From contig CAWEOT010000005.1 of assembly GCA_963810775.1 (NCBI GenBank), forward strand, positions 113,720-177,719: a stretch of DNA of 64,000 nucleotides. The letters run 5' to 3'. The notes under the pieces are model-generated. The model was not told the origin of the DNA. It saw only the letters and a list, made by a program, of their open reading frames with translations, and searched no databases. Positions 1-9,457 of the stretch are shown here, one piece after another. Positions within the stretch are counted from its first letter, which is position 1. Each line of letters opens with the position of its first letter. The DNA comes from an uncultured Gammaproteobacteria bacterium. Its GTDB lineage: Bacteria; Pseudomonadota; Gammaproteobacteria; Steroidobacterales; Steroidobacteraceae. The position numbers and the translations under genes are program-made.

Positions 1-696
1 TACCGACACAGCGCCGAATTCGCCCATGGCGCGCGCGTTGCACAGGATCACGCCATACACCAGTCCCCAGCGGATCTTGGGCAGCGTCACGCGGAAGAAC
101 GTCATCCAGCCGCCGGCACCCAGCGTTATGGCGGCCTCTTCCTCATCGTTACCGAGTTGCTGCATCAGTGGAATCAACTCGCGCGCCACGTACGGAAGGG
201 TCACGAACATGGTGGCGAGCACGATTCCGGGCAGCGCAAAGATGATGCTGATGTCGCGGTCCTGCAGCCAGTGGCCGAACCAGCCCTGCAGACCGAAAAG
301 CAGCACGAACACCAGTCCTGAAACCACGGGCGACACCGCGATCGGCAGATCGATGAGCGTGATGATGAAGCTCTTGCCCCGAAACTCGAACTTGGCGAGC
401 GCCCAGGCTGCCGCGATACCGAACAGCGTATTGAGCGGCACGACGACCGCCGCCACCGTCAGCGTGAGACGGATCGCCGACGCCGCATCGGGATCGACAA
501 AACTCATTAGATACGCCGCGACGCCGCGTTCCAGCGCTGACGCGAAGACCGCCGCGAGCGGCGCGAACAGCAAAGCTGCAAGGAACGTGAGCGACAAACC
601 GATGAAGAGCCAGCGCGTCAGCGATGAGATGAGCGTATCGCGTCCCGGCCGCGTGGCCCGGTCTTCGAGTTGCGCGACATATCCGCCTCCGGCCAT
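1..696 (-). CDS. cysW: Sulfate/thiosulfate ABC transporter permease CysW (C-terminal part lies outside the window)
   Basis: Absent from the ORF track because it runs off the window. My minus-strand translation from ATG 696..694 reads MAGGGYVAQLEDRATRPGRDTLISSLTRWLFIGLSL... and later LMQQLGNDEEEAAITLGAGG (ABC permease EAA loop). ATGA start/stop overlap with cysT. The + strand ORF 26..748 is its shadow. Confidence 0.85.
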   Translation of the reverse strand, partial: MAGGGYVAQLEDRATRPGRDTLISSLTRWLFIGLSLTFLAALLFAPLAAVFASALERGVAAYLMSFVDPDAASAIRLTLTVAAVVVPLNTLFGIAAAWALAKFEFRGKSFIITLIDLPIAVSPVVSGLVFVLLFGLQGWFGHWLQDRDISIIFALPGIVLATMFVTLPYVARELIPLMQQLGNDEEEAAITLGAGGWMTFFRVTLPKIRWGLVYGVILCNARAMGEFGAVSV

Positions 697-1535
697 CAGT
701 GTCCCGCCGCCACCATCCGGCGTCTCCCCCAGGCCTGGAGGAGATTGATGCTGAGTAGCATGAGAAACGAGATGACGAGGGTCACGAAGCCAAGTGCCGC
801 GGCCGCCTGGTAGTTGAACTCCTCCAGCCGGATCACGATGAGGAGCGGCGTGATCTCCGTCTTCATCGGCAGATTACCGGCGATGAAGATCACCGACCCG
901 TATTCGCCCACGGCGCGCGCGAAGGCCAGCGCAAAGCCGGTCAACAGCGCCGGCATCACGGTCGGCAGAATGATGCGCCGGAAGATATAGAGGCGTCCCG
1001 CTCCCAGCGTCTCGGCCGCGTCCTCGAGCTCACTCTGCACCTCCTGCAGGGCCGGTTGCAGGGAACGGACCACGAACGGCAGCCCGATCAGCGTCAGGGC
1101 CACCGTCACACCGATCCACGTGTAGGCCACTTTGATCCCGAATGCGTCGAGATAGCGGCCGATCCAGCCGTTCTGCGCGAACACCGCGGTGAGCGCAATG
1201 CCCGAAACCGCTGTGGGAAGCGCGAATGGCATGTCGATGAGTGCGTCGATGACCTTGCGGCCGGGAAATTCGTAACGCACCAGCGTCCAGGCGATGACGA
1301 AACCGAAGACGGCGTTGACGCTTGCGGCGAGCAACGACGCGCCGAAGCTCAGACGGTAGGAAGCAACCGAGCGCGGATCGAGTATGACGTGGAAAAACTC
1401 GCTCCACTGCATGGTGCCCGCCTTGAGCACCAGCGCGGCGAGAGGAATGAGCACTATCGCGCTCAGATACACCATTGCGAAGCCGAACGTCAGGCCGAAG
1501 CCTGGCAGCACGCTGGGTTGCCTGAAATTGCTCAT
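696..1535 (-). CDS. cysT: Sulfate/thiosulfate ABC transporter permease CysT (CysU)
   Basis: 279-aa ORF that resembles E. coli CysU along its full length (PFALPTAVSGIALTAVF, EAA loop EDAAETLGAGRL, C-terminus GRRRMVAAGH). ATGA overlaps with the cysA stop (1532..1535) and the cysW start (694..698). Confidence 0.9.
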   Translation of the reverse strand: MSNFRQPSVLPGFGLTFGFAMVYLSAIVLIPLAALVLKAGTMQWSEFFHVILDPRSVASYRLSFGASLLAASVNAVFGFVIAWTLVRYEFPGRKVIDALIDMPFALPTAVSGIALTAVFAQNGWIGRYLDAFGIKVAYTWIGVTVALTLIGLPFVVRSLQPALQEVQSELEDAAETLGAGRLYIFRRIILPTVMPALLTGFALAFARAVGEYGSVIFIAGNLPMKTEITPLLIVIRLEEFNYQAAAALGFVTLVISFLMLLSINLLQAWGRRRMVAAGH

Positions 1536-3313
1536 GTGGGCAGCGTGCCCTCACTCGGGCGATAGACGACCATGATCGGCCTTCCAGGTGCAGTGCCGAA
1601 CAGCGCGGCGAAGCGCTCGCGGAGTTGCCTGATATCCGAAATGCCGAGGATCAACATCTGATCGCGCGATTCGCCCAGCTGCGCCGCCAGTTCTGTGGCG
1701 ATATCGCCGAAGCGCAGCTCAGTACGCATGTCGAGGCTGTGCATCGCCTGCGCCTCGGAGCGAGCATCCAGCAACGCGCGCATGCCGAGCGATCGATGGC
1801 TGTCGGGTGTGCCGGGCGGCATGATACCGACGTAGACGGCTTCAGCGGCCACGTGCCTCAACAAGCTCGCGGCCACCGCCATCGTGTCACTGCGCGCAGC
1901 TCGATCCAACCAGTGAATCAGGACCCGTTGTGGTTTGGTCGGCGGCGGCGGCAACACGAGTGCCTCCGTTACTCCTTGATGAAACAAGAATTCGATCTGG
2001 CTGATGACGTCGGGTGCCGTAGCGAGGACTGCCACTCCGCCGCGATCTGCACCGCTTGAGCAATTGACGTTAATCGCCATGCGAAGCCCAGGCTCTACGC
2101 GTACATTGACCCGGGTCTTCATACGAGCGGCGAGGTCCACCAGGAACGAATGCCGGCTCAGCTGCTCGGCCTCCTCGGCACTCGCGCCGAACGCGGTGTA
2201 GCTCGAGAGCGGCGTCGGTAAGACGTGAATGCGTCGCATGCCGATCGCGACGCTGTGACCCGGGGCCAGAGGGAAGGCCCGCTGCTCGCGCTGCGTGCGG
2301 CTCGCCTCCAGCATGCCCGCGCCCGAATTGCTTTCGGGGCCGAGGAGCTGTGCGCCCGCGCCGTCGCTGAGTCGTATGCGAATGCGCTCCAGCGCGCCCG
2401 TGAAGACGATTTCATCTACAGCGCCGCGCCCAATAAACGGTGATGCCAGCGCTTCCGGTGTAGGCGCGAGCTCCGCTTCTTCGGGACGCAACACCGCGAC
2501 CACTTCGTGCTCGCGGCGTGTGTCGGCTCGCTCCGCTCCCGGGATGTCAACGGGTGCGGCACCGAAGCGGATGCCTTCGGGCGTCTGGCGTGCCAGCAGT
2601 AGATTCGCGGCGCCGAGGAACGTCGCCACGAAACGCGTCGCAGGACGTGCATACAGCTCATCGGGCGGCGCGGTTTCCAGCAGCCGCCCCAGATTCATCA
2701 CGCCGATACGATCGGCGAGCGCGAATGCTTCCTGCTGGTCGTGCGTGACCAGCACGGTGCTGATCTTGAGTTCACGCTGCACCTGCCGGATCGTGCGCCG
2801 CAGCTCTTCGCGGATCTTCGCATCCAGTGCACCGAAAGGCTCATCCAGCAACAACACTTCCGGCTTGTGCGCCAGCGCCCGCGCGACCGCAATACGTTGC
2901 TGCTGACCACCCGAGAGCTGTGTCGGCAAACGAGCCCCAAGTCCTTCCAGCGCGACCAGCCGCAGCAGTTCCCTGCGCCGCTTGCGTCGCTCGCTCGCCC
3001 GCACGTGGCGCACGCGCAGTGCAAATTCGATGTTCTCAGCAACCGTCATGTGCTTGAAAAGGGCGTAGTTCTGAAACACGAGACCAACGCCCCGCTTCCG
3101 GGCCGATACATTGGTCACGTCCCTGCCGTGCAGTGAGATGCGGCCGTGATCGACACTCGTCAGGCCCGCAATGGCGCGCAGCAGAGTGCTCTTGCCGCTG
3201 CCGCTCGGCCCCAGCAACACGAAGAACTCCCCGTCCCGAACGTCGAGCGAGACGTCGTTCACCACGGGCATGCCCTGGTAGCGTTTTGTGACCTGATCCA
3301 GTGTTATCGACAT
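1532..3313 (-). CDS. cysA: Sulfate ABC transporter ATP-binding protein CysA fused to a C-terminal extension of about 230 aa (USP-like by motif resemblance)
   Basis: 593-aa ORF. Walker A GPSGSGKST, signature LSGGQQQR, Walker B LLLDEPF, followed by a CysA-type regulatory domain. About 230 further residues follow that are absent from the roughly 365-aa E. coli CysA. Confidence 0.8.
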   Translation of the reverse strand: MSITLDQVTKRYQGMPVVNDVSLDVRDGEFFVLLGPSGSGKSTLLRAIAGLTSVDHGRISLHGRDVTNVSARKRGVGLVFQNYALFKHMTVAENIEFALRVRHVRASERRKRRRELLRLVALEGLGARLPTQLSGGQQQRIAVARALAHKPEVLLLDEPFGALDAKIREELRRTIRQVQRELKISTVLVTHDQQEAFALADRIGVMNLGRLLETAPPDELYARPATRFVATFLGAANLLLARQTPEGIRFGAAPVDIPGAERADTRREHEVVAVLRPEEAELAPTPEALASPFIGRGAVDEIVFTGALERIRIRLSDGAGAQLLGPESNSGAGMLEASRTQREQRAFPLAPGHSVAIGMRRIHVLPTPLSSYTAFGASAEEAEQLSRHSFLVDLAARMKTRVNVRVEPGLRMAINVNCSSGADRGGVAVLATAPDVISQIEFLFHQGVTEALVLPPPPTKPQRVLIHWLDRAARSDTMAVAASLLRHVAAEAVYVGIMPPGTPDSHRSLGMRALLDARSEAQAMHSLDMRTELRFGDIATELAAQLGESRDQMLILGISDIRQLRERFAALFGTAPGRPIMVVYRPSEGTLPT

Positions 3314-3384
3314 GTGGACATGACATCCCAGAGCCGAACCAGGGGATGGTACCGGCAGCGGGGTCTGGGCGTCAGTTGGATCGC

Positions 3385-3411
3385 GGTTATAAGGTGGTTA
3401 CAAGCGGTTAC
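3385..3411. repeat. Three helically phased GGTTAY direct repeats upstream of cysA
   Basis: GGTTAT at 3385, GGTTAC at 3396 and GGTTAC at 3406 (spacing 11 and 10 nt). They overlap the aguA stop and lie 72-100 nt upstream of the cysA ATG. Confidence 0.4.
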
Positions 3412-4526
3412 AGCCGCTGCACGCGGGCCCTGCGCGCACGCGGTATCTGCTGCGTGATGCAATGGATATTGCCGCCGCCGAGCAGGATCTCGCGCGAAGG
3501 AACGCCGACAATCTTGTGCTTCGGAAACACACGCTTGAGCACAGTGACTGCGCCCCGATCGCGTTTCGCATCCAGCAGCGGGACTACGAGGCCGCGATTG
3601 GCAATGTAAAAATTGACATAAGAGCCTGCGAGGCGATGCCCGGCGGGGCGCGTACGGGTACCCGGGACCGCGCGCACTCCCTGAGCCTCCTCCTGCGTCG
3701 AATAGAGCGGATCGGGTTGAATCAACTTGTGGATCTTGAAGCGTCGGCCCCGGGCATCCCGCGCCTGCGAGAGCCGCTCGAACGCATCATGGGAAATCGC
3801 ATGCTGCGGATCGGTGCGATCGTTAGTCCATGTCAGGCACACCTCGCCAGGGCGCACGAAGCAGCACAAGTTGTCGACGTGGCCATCCGTCTCATCCAGA
3901 TAGACGCCCCGTCCCAGCCAGATGATGACTTCAACGCCGAGATATGCGCGCAGGTACGCCTCCGTCTGCTCGCGCGTAAGATCTGGATTGCGGTTCGGAT
4001 TGAGAACGCACTCCTCGGTCGTCAGGCACGTCCCTTCCCCGTCGACGTGAATCGCGCCGCCCTCGAGAATCAGCGGCGCGCGATAGCGGTCGATCCGCTC
4101 GACCGCCAGCACCTGTCTCGCCACGCGCTCATCGCGGTCCCAAGGTATATACAGTCCACCGTTCAAACCGCCCCAGGCATTAAAGCGCCAATCGATGCCA
4201 CGCCGCTGGCCGCGGTCATTGACGACGATGGTCGGGCCGACATCTCGCATCCACGCATCGTCGCTGGGGAGCTGCACGACGCGCACGCGCTTTGCCAGTT
4301 GTGCGCGGGCGTTCGCGAGCTGCGCCCGCGACACGCCCACAGTGACCGGCTCGAATCTGGCGATCGCCGCGGCCACCGCGGCAAATGCTGCCTGTGCGGG
4401 ACCGGCGTCCATCCGCCAGTTGTCGCTGCGCTCCGGCCAAAGCAGCCAGCAACCGGAGTGCGGCTCGAACTCGCCGGGCATATGAAAGCCATGGCGTGCG
4501 GGAGTGCCTCGGATGGTTCGGCTCAT
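3408..4526 (-). CDS. aguA: Agmatine deiminase
   Basis: ORF 3408..4604, trimmed to ATG 4526 (MSRTIRGTPARHGFHMPGEFEPHSGCWLLWPER). Agmatine deiminase / PAD_porph family with the C-terminal catalytic Cys motif GGGNIHCITQQ. Confidence 0.85.
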   Translation of the reverse strand: MSRTIRGTPARHGFHMPGEFEPHSGCWLLWPERSDNWRMDAGPAQAAFAAVAAAIARFEPVTVGVSRAQLANARAQLAKRVRVVQLPSDDAWMRDVGPTIVVNDRGQRRGIDWRFNAWGGLNGGLYIPWDRDERVARQVLAVERIDRYRAPLILEGGAIHVDGEGTCLTTEECVLNPNRNPDLTREQTEAYLRAYLGVEVIIWLGRGVYLDETDGHVDNLCCFVRPGEVCLTWTNDRTDPQHAISHDAFERLSQARDARGRRFKIHKLIQPDPLYSTQEEAQGVRAVPGTRTRPAGHRLAGSYVNFYIANRGLVVPLLDAKRDRGAVTVLKRVFPKHKIVGVPSREILLGGGNIHCITQQIPRARRARVQRL

Positions 4527-4585
4527 CGTGGCTGACGGTGCAGGGTGAAAAGGGAGCAAAATTGTAGTCGAATACGAATCAACCC

Positions 4586-5350
4586 ATGACCTTTCCCACC
4601 CCAAGCGCCGATTGGTATCGGACCTTCTTCATTGCGCCGTTCAACGAGCTGTGGGACCGCGTAATTCCGCAGGAGGCGACGGCGCGCGAAACGCAGTTCT
4701 TGCTTGCGCAGCTGCAACTCAGCGCGGGTGCAAGAATCCTCGATGTGCCGTGCGGCTCGGCGCGCGTCGGCGTAGCCCTTGCTGCCGCGGGCTACACCGT
4801 TACCGGCATCGACCTGTCGAGTGATGCGCTCGAACGAGCGCACGCACGCGTGTGCGCGGCAGGCGTTACCGTCACCCTGAAACACGCCGACATGCGCGAT
4901 CTGCCACAGACGCATGCTTTCGATGCTGCGGTCTGTCTCGGTAACAGCTTCGGCTATCTTGCGCACCAGGGCATGATCGAATTCCTGGCAGCGCTCGCCG
5001 GCACGCTGCGCCCCGGCGGCCGGGTAATGATTCATACCGCGCTTTGCGCCGAGTCAATTCTCACCAGCGTCAAGCCCGAAGCGAGCTATGACTTCGGCGA
5101 TATGCGTTTCGAAATTCACAACCGTTACGACGCCTTTCACAGCCGCCTGGAAACCGAGTACGTGCTCACGCGGGGCGCGCAGACGTGGCGCCAGTACGGA
5201 TCGCAGCAGGTGTACACCGTCGCCGAGCTCAGCCGCCTGCTGGCCGCGAATGGTCTGGAAGTGCTGGCGCTGTTCAGCGGCGTCGACGCCAGGCCGTACG
5301 CGCTGGGCGAAGGCGAGCTCTACGTCGTGGCTCAGACGCCCACGAAATAA
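4586..5350 (+). CDS. Class I SAM-dependent methyltransferase
   Basis: 254-aa ORF with SAM-binding motif I, ILDVPCGSARVGVALAAAGYTVTGIDLS. Substrate unknown. Confidence 0.7.
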   Translation: MTFPTPSADWYRTFFIAPFNELWDRVIPQEATARETQFLLAQLQLSAGARILDVPCGSARVGVALAAAGYTVTGIDLSSDALERAHARVCAAGVTVTLKHADMRDLPQTHAFDAAVCLGNSFGYLAHQGMIEFLAALAGTLRPGGRVMIHTALCAESILTSVKPEASYDFGDMRFEIHNRYDAFHSRLETEYVLTRGAQTWRQYGSQQVYTVAELSRLLAANGLEVLALFSGVDARPYALGEGELYVVAQTPTK

Positions 5351-5874
5351 AGACTGAGGGTCGAGAGAACTGTGCCGAGGACTGCGCCGGCAAGCACGTC
5401 AGTCGGGTAGTGCAATCCGAGCACCACGCGCGATGCCGCGACCAGGGCGGCGAACGGCACGAGCAGCACCGCGAATTCCGGGAAGTACGCGCTCGCGAGG
5501 ACGGTGAAAGAAACCGCGTGCAGCGTGTGTCCGGACGGGAAGCTATAGCGATCGAGCGGTGCCATCGCCAAACGGATGCGCGCATCGGAGATGAAGGGAC
5601 GCTCGCGGACCAGGGTGCGCTTCAGGCCCTTATAAAGGGCGACACCGACCAATCCCGTCGCCGCCATTTGCAGCGCCGCCTGACGACCCAGATCGCCGAA
5701 CAGGATCGGCAACACCAGCATCAGCGCGTACCAGAACACACCGTCACCGAGCCGGCTGATGGCGCGGAAGAACTCGCGCACGCCTCGCCGAGCGCACGCG
5801 CGGTTGAGCTGCACGCAAAATGACAGCTCTGCAGCGTCGAAGCGGCGCATCACTTGTGTCGCTCTGCTTGCCAT
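5332..5874 (-). CDS. PAP2-family phosphatase (membrane)
   Basis: All three PAP2 motifs are present: KGLKRTLVRERP, SFPSGH, SRVVLGLHYPTDV. ORF 5332..5940 trimmed to ATG 5874, which follows GGAGG by 8 nt. The start is uncertain. Confidence 0.75.
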   Translation of the reverse strand: MASRATQVMRRFDAAELSFCVQLNRACARRGVREFFRAISRLGDGVFWYALMLVLPILFGDLGRQAALQMAATGLVGVALYKGLKRTLVRERPFISDARIRLAMAPLDRYSFPSGHTLHAVSFTVLASAYFPEFAVLLVPFAALVAASRVVLGLHYPTDVLAGAVLGTVLSTLSLYFVGV

Positions 5875-6097
5875 GACATTTGCCTCCTGTCCGTCGTGGC
5901 CGCGCAAACGCGTAACGCACTTCTGGACGCTGGCAAGCATCGATGAGTAGTGCTACCGAGGGGTTGCTATGGAGTTAAATATTTATGACATTCATTAAGT
6001 TATATGATGTTTGTAAGACCTGACGCAGGATTGGGTGTTCCCGGGGGCGCCGGGCGGCACTCTTTTACTCTGCGCGGGATCTGCCACACTTCTCATC

Positions 6098-6775
6098 ATG
6101 CGCATCCTGCTCGTGGAAGATCACCCGGACATCGCAGAAAACGTCTGCGAATTCCTGGCTGCCAAGGGACACCAGGTGAACCACGTGCTCACCGGCGAGG
6201 ATGGCCTGACTCAGGCGCGTGCCACACCCTTCGACATCATCGTGCTCGATGTGATGCTGCCCGGCATGGACGGCCTCGCCGTGTGCCGCACGCTGCGCTC
6301 GGATATTCGCTCCGTCGCGCCGGTGCTGATGCTCACTGCCAAGGATCTGGTAATCGACAAGGTCGCGGGCTTCGAAGCCGGCGCGGACGATTATCTGGTG
6401 AAACCGTTTTCGCTGCTCGAGCTCGAAGCACGTCTCGGTGCGCTGGCTCGCCGCGCGGTGCCGCGCGCGACCGAGGGCACTCTGCGTGTCGCCGACCTCA
6501 CATACTGCCCCGATACATTGAACGCGGAGCGCGATGGCGTCGCCATCAAGCTCAATCCCAGCACGCGGCGACTGCTGGTGCTGCTGATGCAAAACACTCA
6601 CCGCGTCGTTACACGCCGTGAGCTCGAGCACGAGCTGTGGGGAGATCAGCCACCGGACGGCGATGTCCTGCGCGCACACATGTACGCTCTGCGCAACGCG
6701 ATCGACAAGCCGTTCGCACACAAGCTGCTGCATACCCACCACGGCGAGGGATACCGCCTGGCACTCTCCGACTGA
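6098..6775 (+). CDS. OmpR-family response regulator
   Basis: MRILLVEDHPDIAENV receiver domain plus a winged-helix C-terminus (GEGYRLA). ATG at 6098. The stop overlaps the kinase start (TGATG at 6773..6777). Confidence 0.9.
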   Translation: MRILLVEDHPDIAENVCEFLAAKGHQVNHVLTGEDGLTQARATPFDIIVLDVMLPGMDGLAVCRTLRSDIRSVAPVLMLTAKDLVIDKVAGFEAGADDYLVKPFSLLELEARLGALARRAVPRATEGTLRVADLTYCPDTLNAERDGVAIKLNPSTRRLLVLLMQNTHRVVTRRELEHELWGDQPPDGDVLRAHMYALRNAIDKPFAHKLLHTHHGEGYRLALSD

Positions 6776-8019
6776 TGCGCCACCTCAGCCTTCGGGCGCG
6801 ATTCGTCTGGGGAATCTTTTTCTGCGTCGGTCTCACGCTCCTGCTGCTCGCCTGCTGGAGCATCTGGGCCAGCCAGCGCATCGAGCAGGGCCTGCTCAAC
6901 GACGTGATGCGAACGCATCTCGCGATCTATGCAGGTTACGTGGAACGGCACGAAGTGCTGCCGCCACCGCAGGATGGAAAGCTCGCGTTCTACAGGCAAA
7001 GCTCGCCGGACCTGCCGCGCGAGATCTCCGCGCTCGCGCCCGGTTGCCATCAGCGCGTGCCCGTGGGAGCGAAGCTCATGCAGGTGCTGGTCAAGGACCT
7101 GCCCAGCGGGCGCGTGTTTGTCACCTTCGATGTCACGCAACACGAGATGCGCACACAGTGGGCGTGGCGTCTGCTCTACTGCATCATTGCAGTCACCCTG
7201 GTCGTGATTGCAGCCACGGCAATCTGGGTCTCGCGCAGCATCCTGGCGCCAGTGACGGCACTCGCACAGCGTTTGCGCCGCATCGATCCGCGTCAACGCA
7301 ATCAACGACTCGGGCCCGATCATTCGCAGCACGAGCTCGCGCCAATTGCCGATTCCATCGACGGATTCCTCGAGCGGTTGGACGGCTTTGTGGAGCGCGA
7401 GCAATCCTTCACCGCCACCGCCAGCCACGAGCTGCGCACTCCTCTTGCAGTGATCCAGGGTGCCGCGGAGATTCTCACCGACCAGACGCGCGAACGACCG
7501 GCGGCGCAGAAGGCGCTCAGCCGGATCCGCCGCGCTGCCAACGAGATGTCGGATTTCACCCAGGCGCTGCTGATGCTGTCGCGCGAAGCGCAGTCAGAGA
7601 CCGACCCGGGCGCCGTCTGTGATGTAGGGGAGATCATGCCGCGCATCGCGGAAGAGCAGCGCGAGCTGCTCAACGGCCGGCCCGTCGGCATCGAGTGCAT
7701 GTGCGGCGATTCGCTGCGCGTGCAGGCCCCGCCCAGCCTGGTGACGATCGTGATTGGCAACCTGTTTCGTAATGCGATCGCGCATACGGATCGCGGCGCC
7801 GTGCACTGCGAAATCGCCGGACGAACGCTGCGCATCCGCGATAGCGGACCCGGTATTTCGCCCGCCCACATGAACCAGGTCTTCGATCGTAACTTCACCA
7901 CGCGCCCCGGTGGCTACGGTGTGGGCTTGTACCTCACCAAGCGCATCTGCGACCGCTATGGCTGGAAGATCGCGCTCGAGAGCAGCCGCACCGGAACCGT
8001 TGCGTCCGTAACCTTCTAG
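6775..8019 (+). CDS. Sensor histidine kinase (partner of the OmpR-family regulator)
   Basis: Two N-terminal TM segments, H-box [16 protein letters not shown], and HATPase motifs ([23 protein letters not shown]). ORF 6637..8019 trimmed to ATG 6775. Confidence 0.85.
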   Translation: MRHLSLRARFVWGIFFCVGLTLLLLACWSIWASQRIEQGLLNDVMRTHLAIYAGYVERHEVLPPPQDGKLAFYRQSSPDLPREISALAPGCHQRVPVGAKLMQVLVKDLPSGRVFVTFDVTQHEMRTQWAWRLLYCIIAVTLVVIAATAIWVSRSILAPVTALAQRLRRIDPRQRNQRLGPDHSQHELAPIADSIDGFLERLDGFVEREQSFTATASHELRTPLAVIQGAAEILTDQTRERPAAQKALSRIRRAANEMSDFTQALLMLSREAQSETDPGAVCDVGEIMPRIAEEQRELLNGRPVGIECMCGDSLRVQAPPSLVTIVIGNLFRNAIAHTDRGAVHCEIAGRTLRIRDSGPGISPAHMNQVFDRNFTTRPGGYGVGLYLTKRICDRYGWKIALESSRTGTVASVTF

Positions 8020-8135
8020 ATCGCGGTCCTTTCACCAGATGCTCAGCTCTCCGGCTTGCTTGCGGGCCAGGCCAGCCAAGTGCGTGTGTTAGCATGCGCG
8101 CCTCGCTGCCGCGCCGTGCCGTTGAGGAGAGCGAC

Positions 8136-9446
<1,311 letters not shown>

Positions 9447-9457
9447 CGGAGTGTGAA

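Noticed and set aside
26-748. 240-aa + strand ORF at the window start
   Set aside because: It is the antisense shadow of cysW. The minus strand gives a clean CysW translation with ATGA coupling to cysT. The + strand product is low-complexity and Ser/Ala/Arg-rich.
6618-7622. 334-aa alternative-frame ORF inside the histidine kinase gene (and the similar 13365..14225 inside the acyl-CoA dehydrogenase gene)
   Set aside because: The product has Arg/Ala-rich nonsense composition. The overlapping frame carries all the kinase (or ACAD) motifs.
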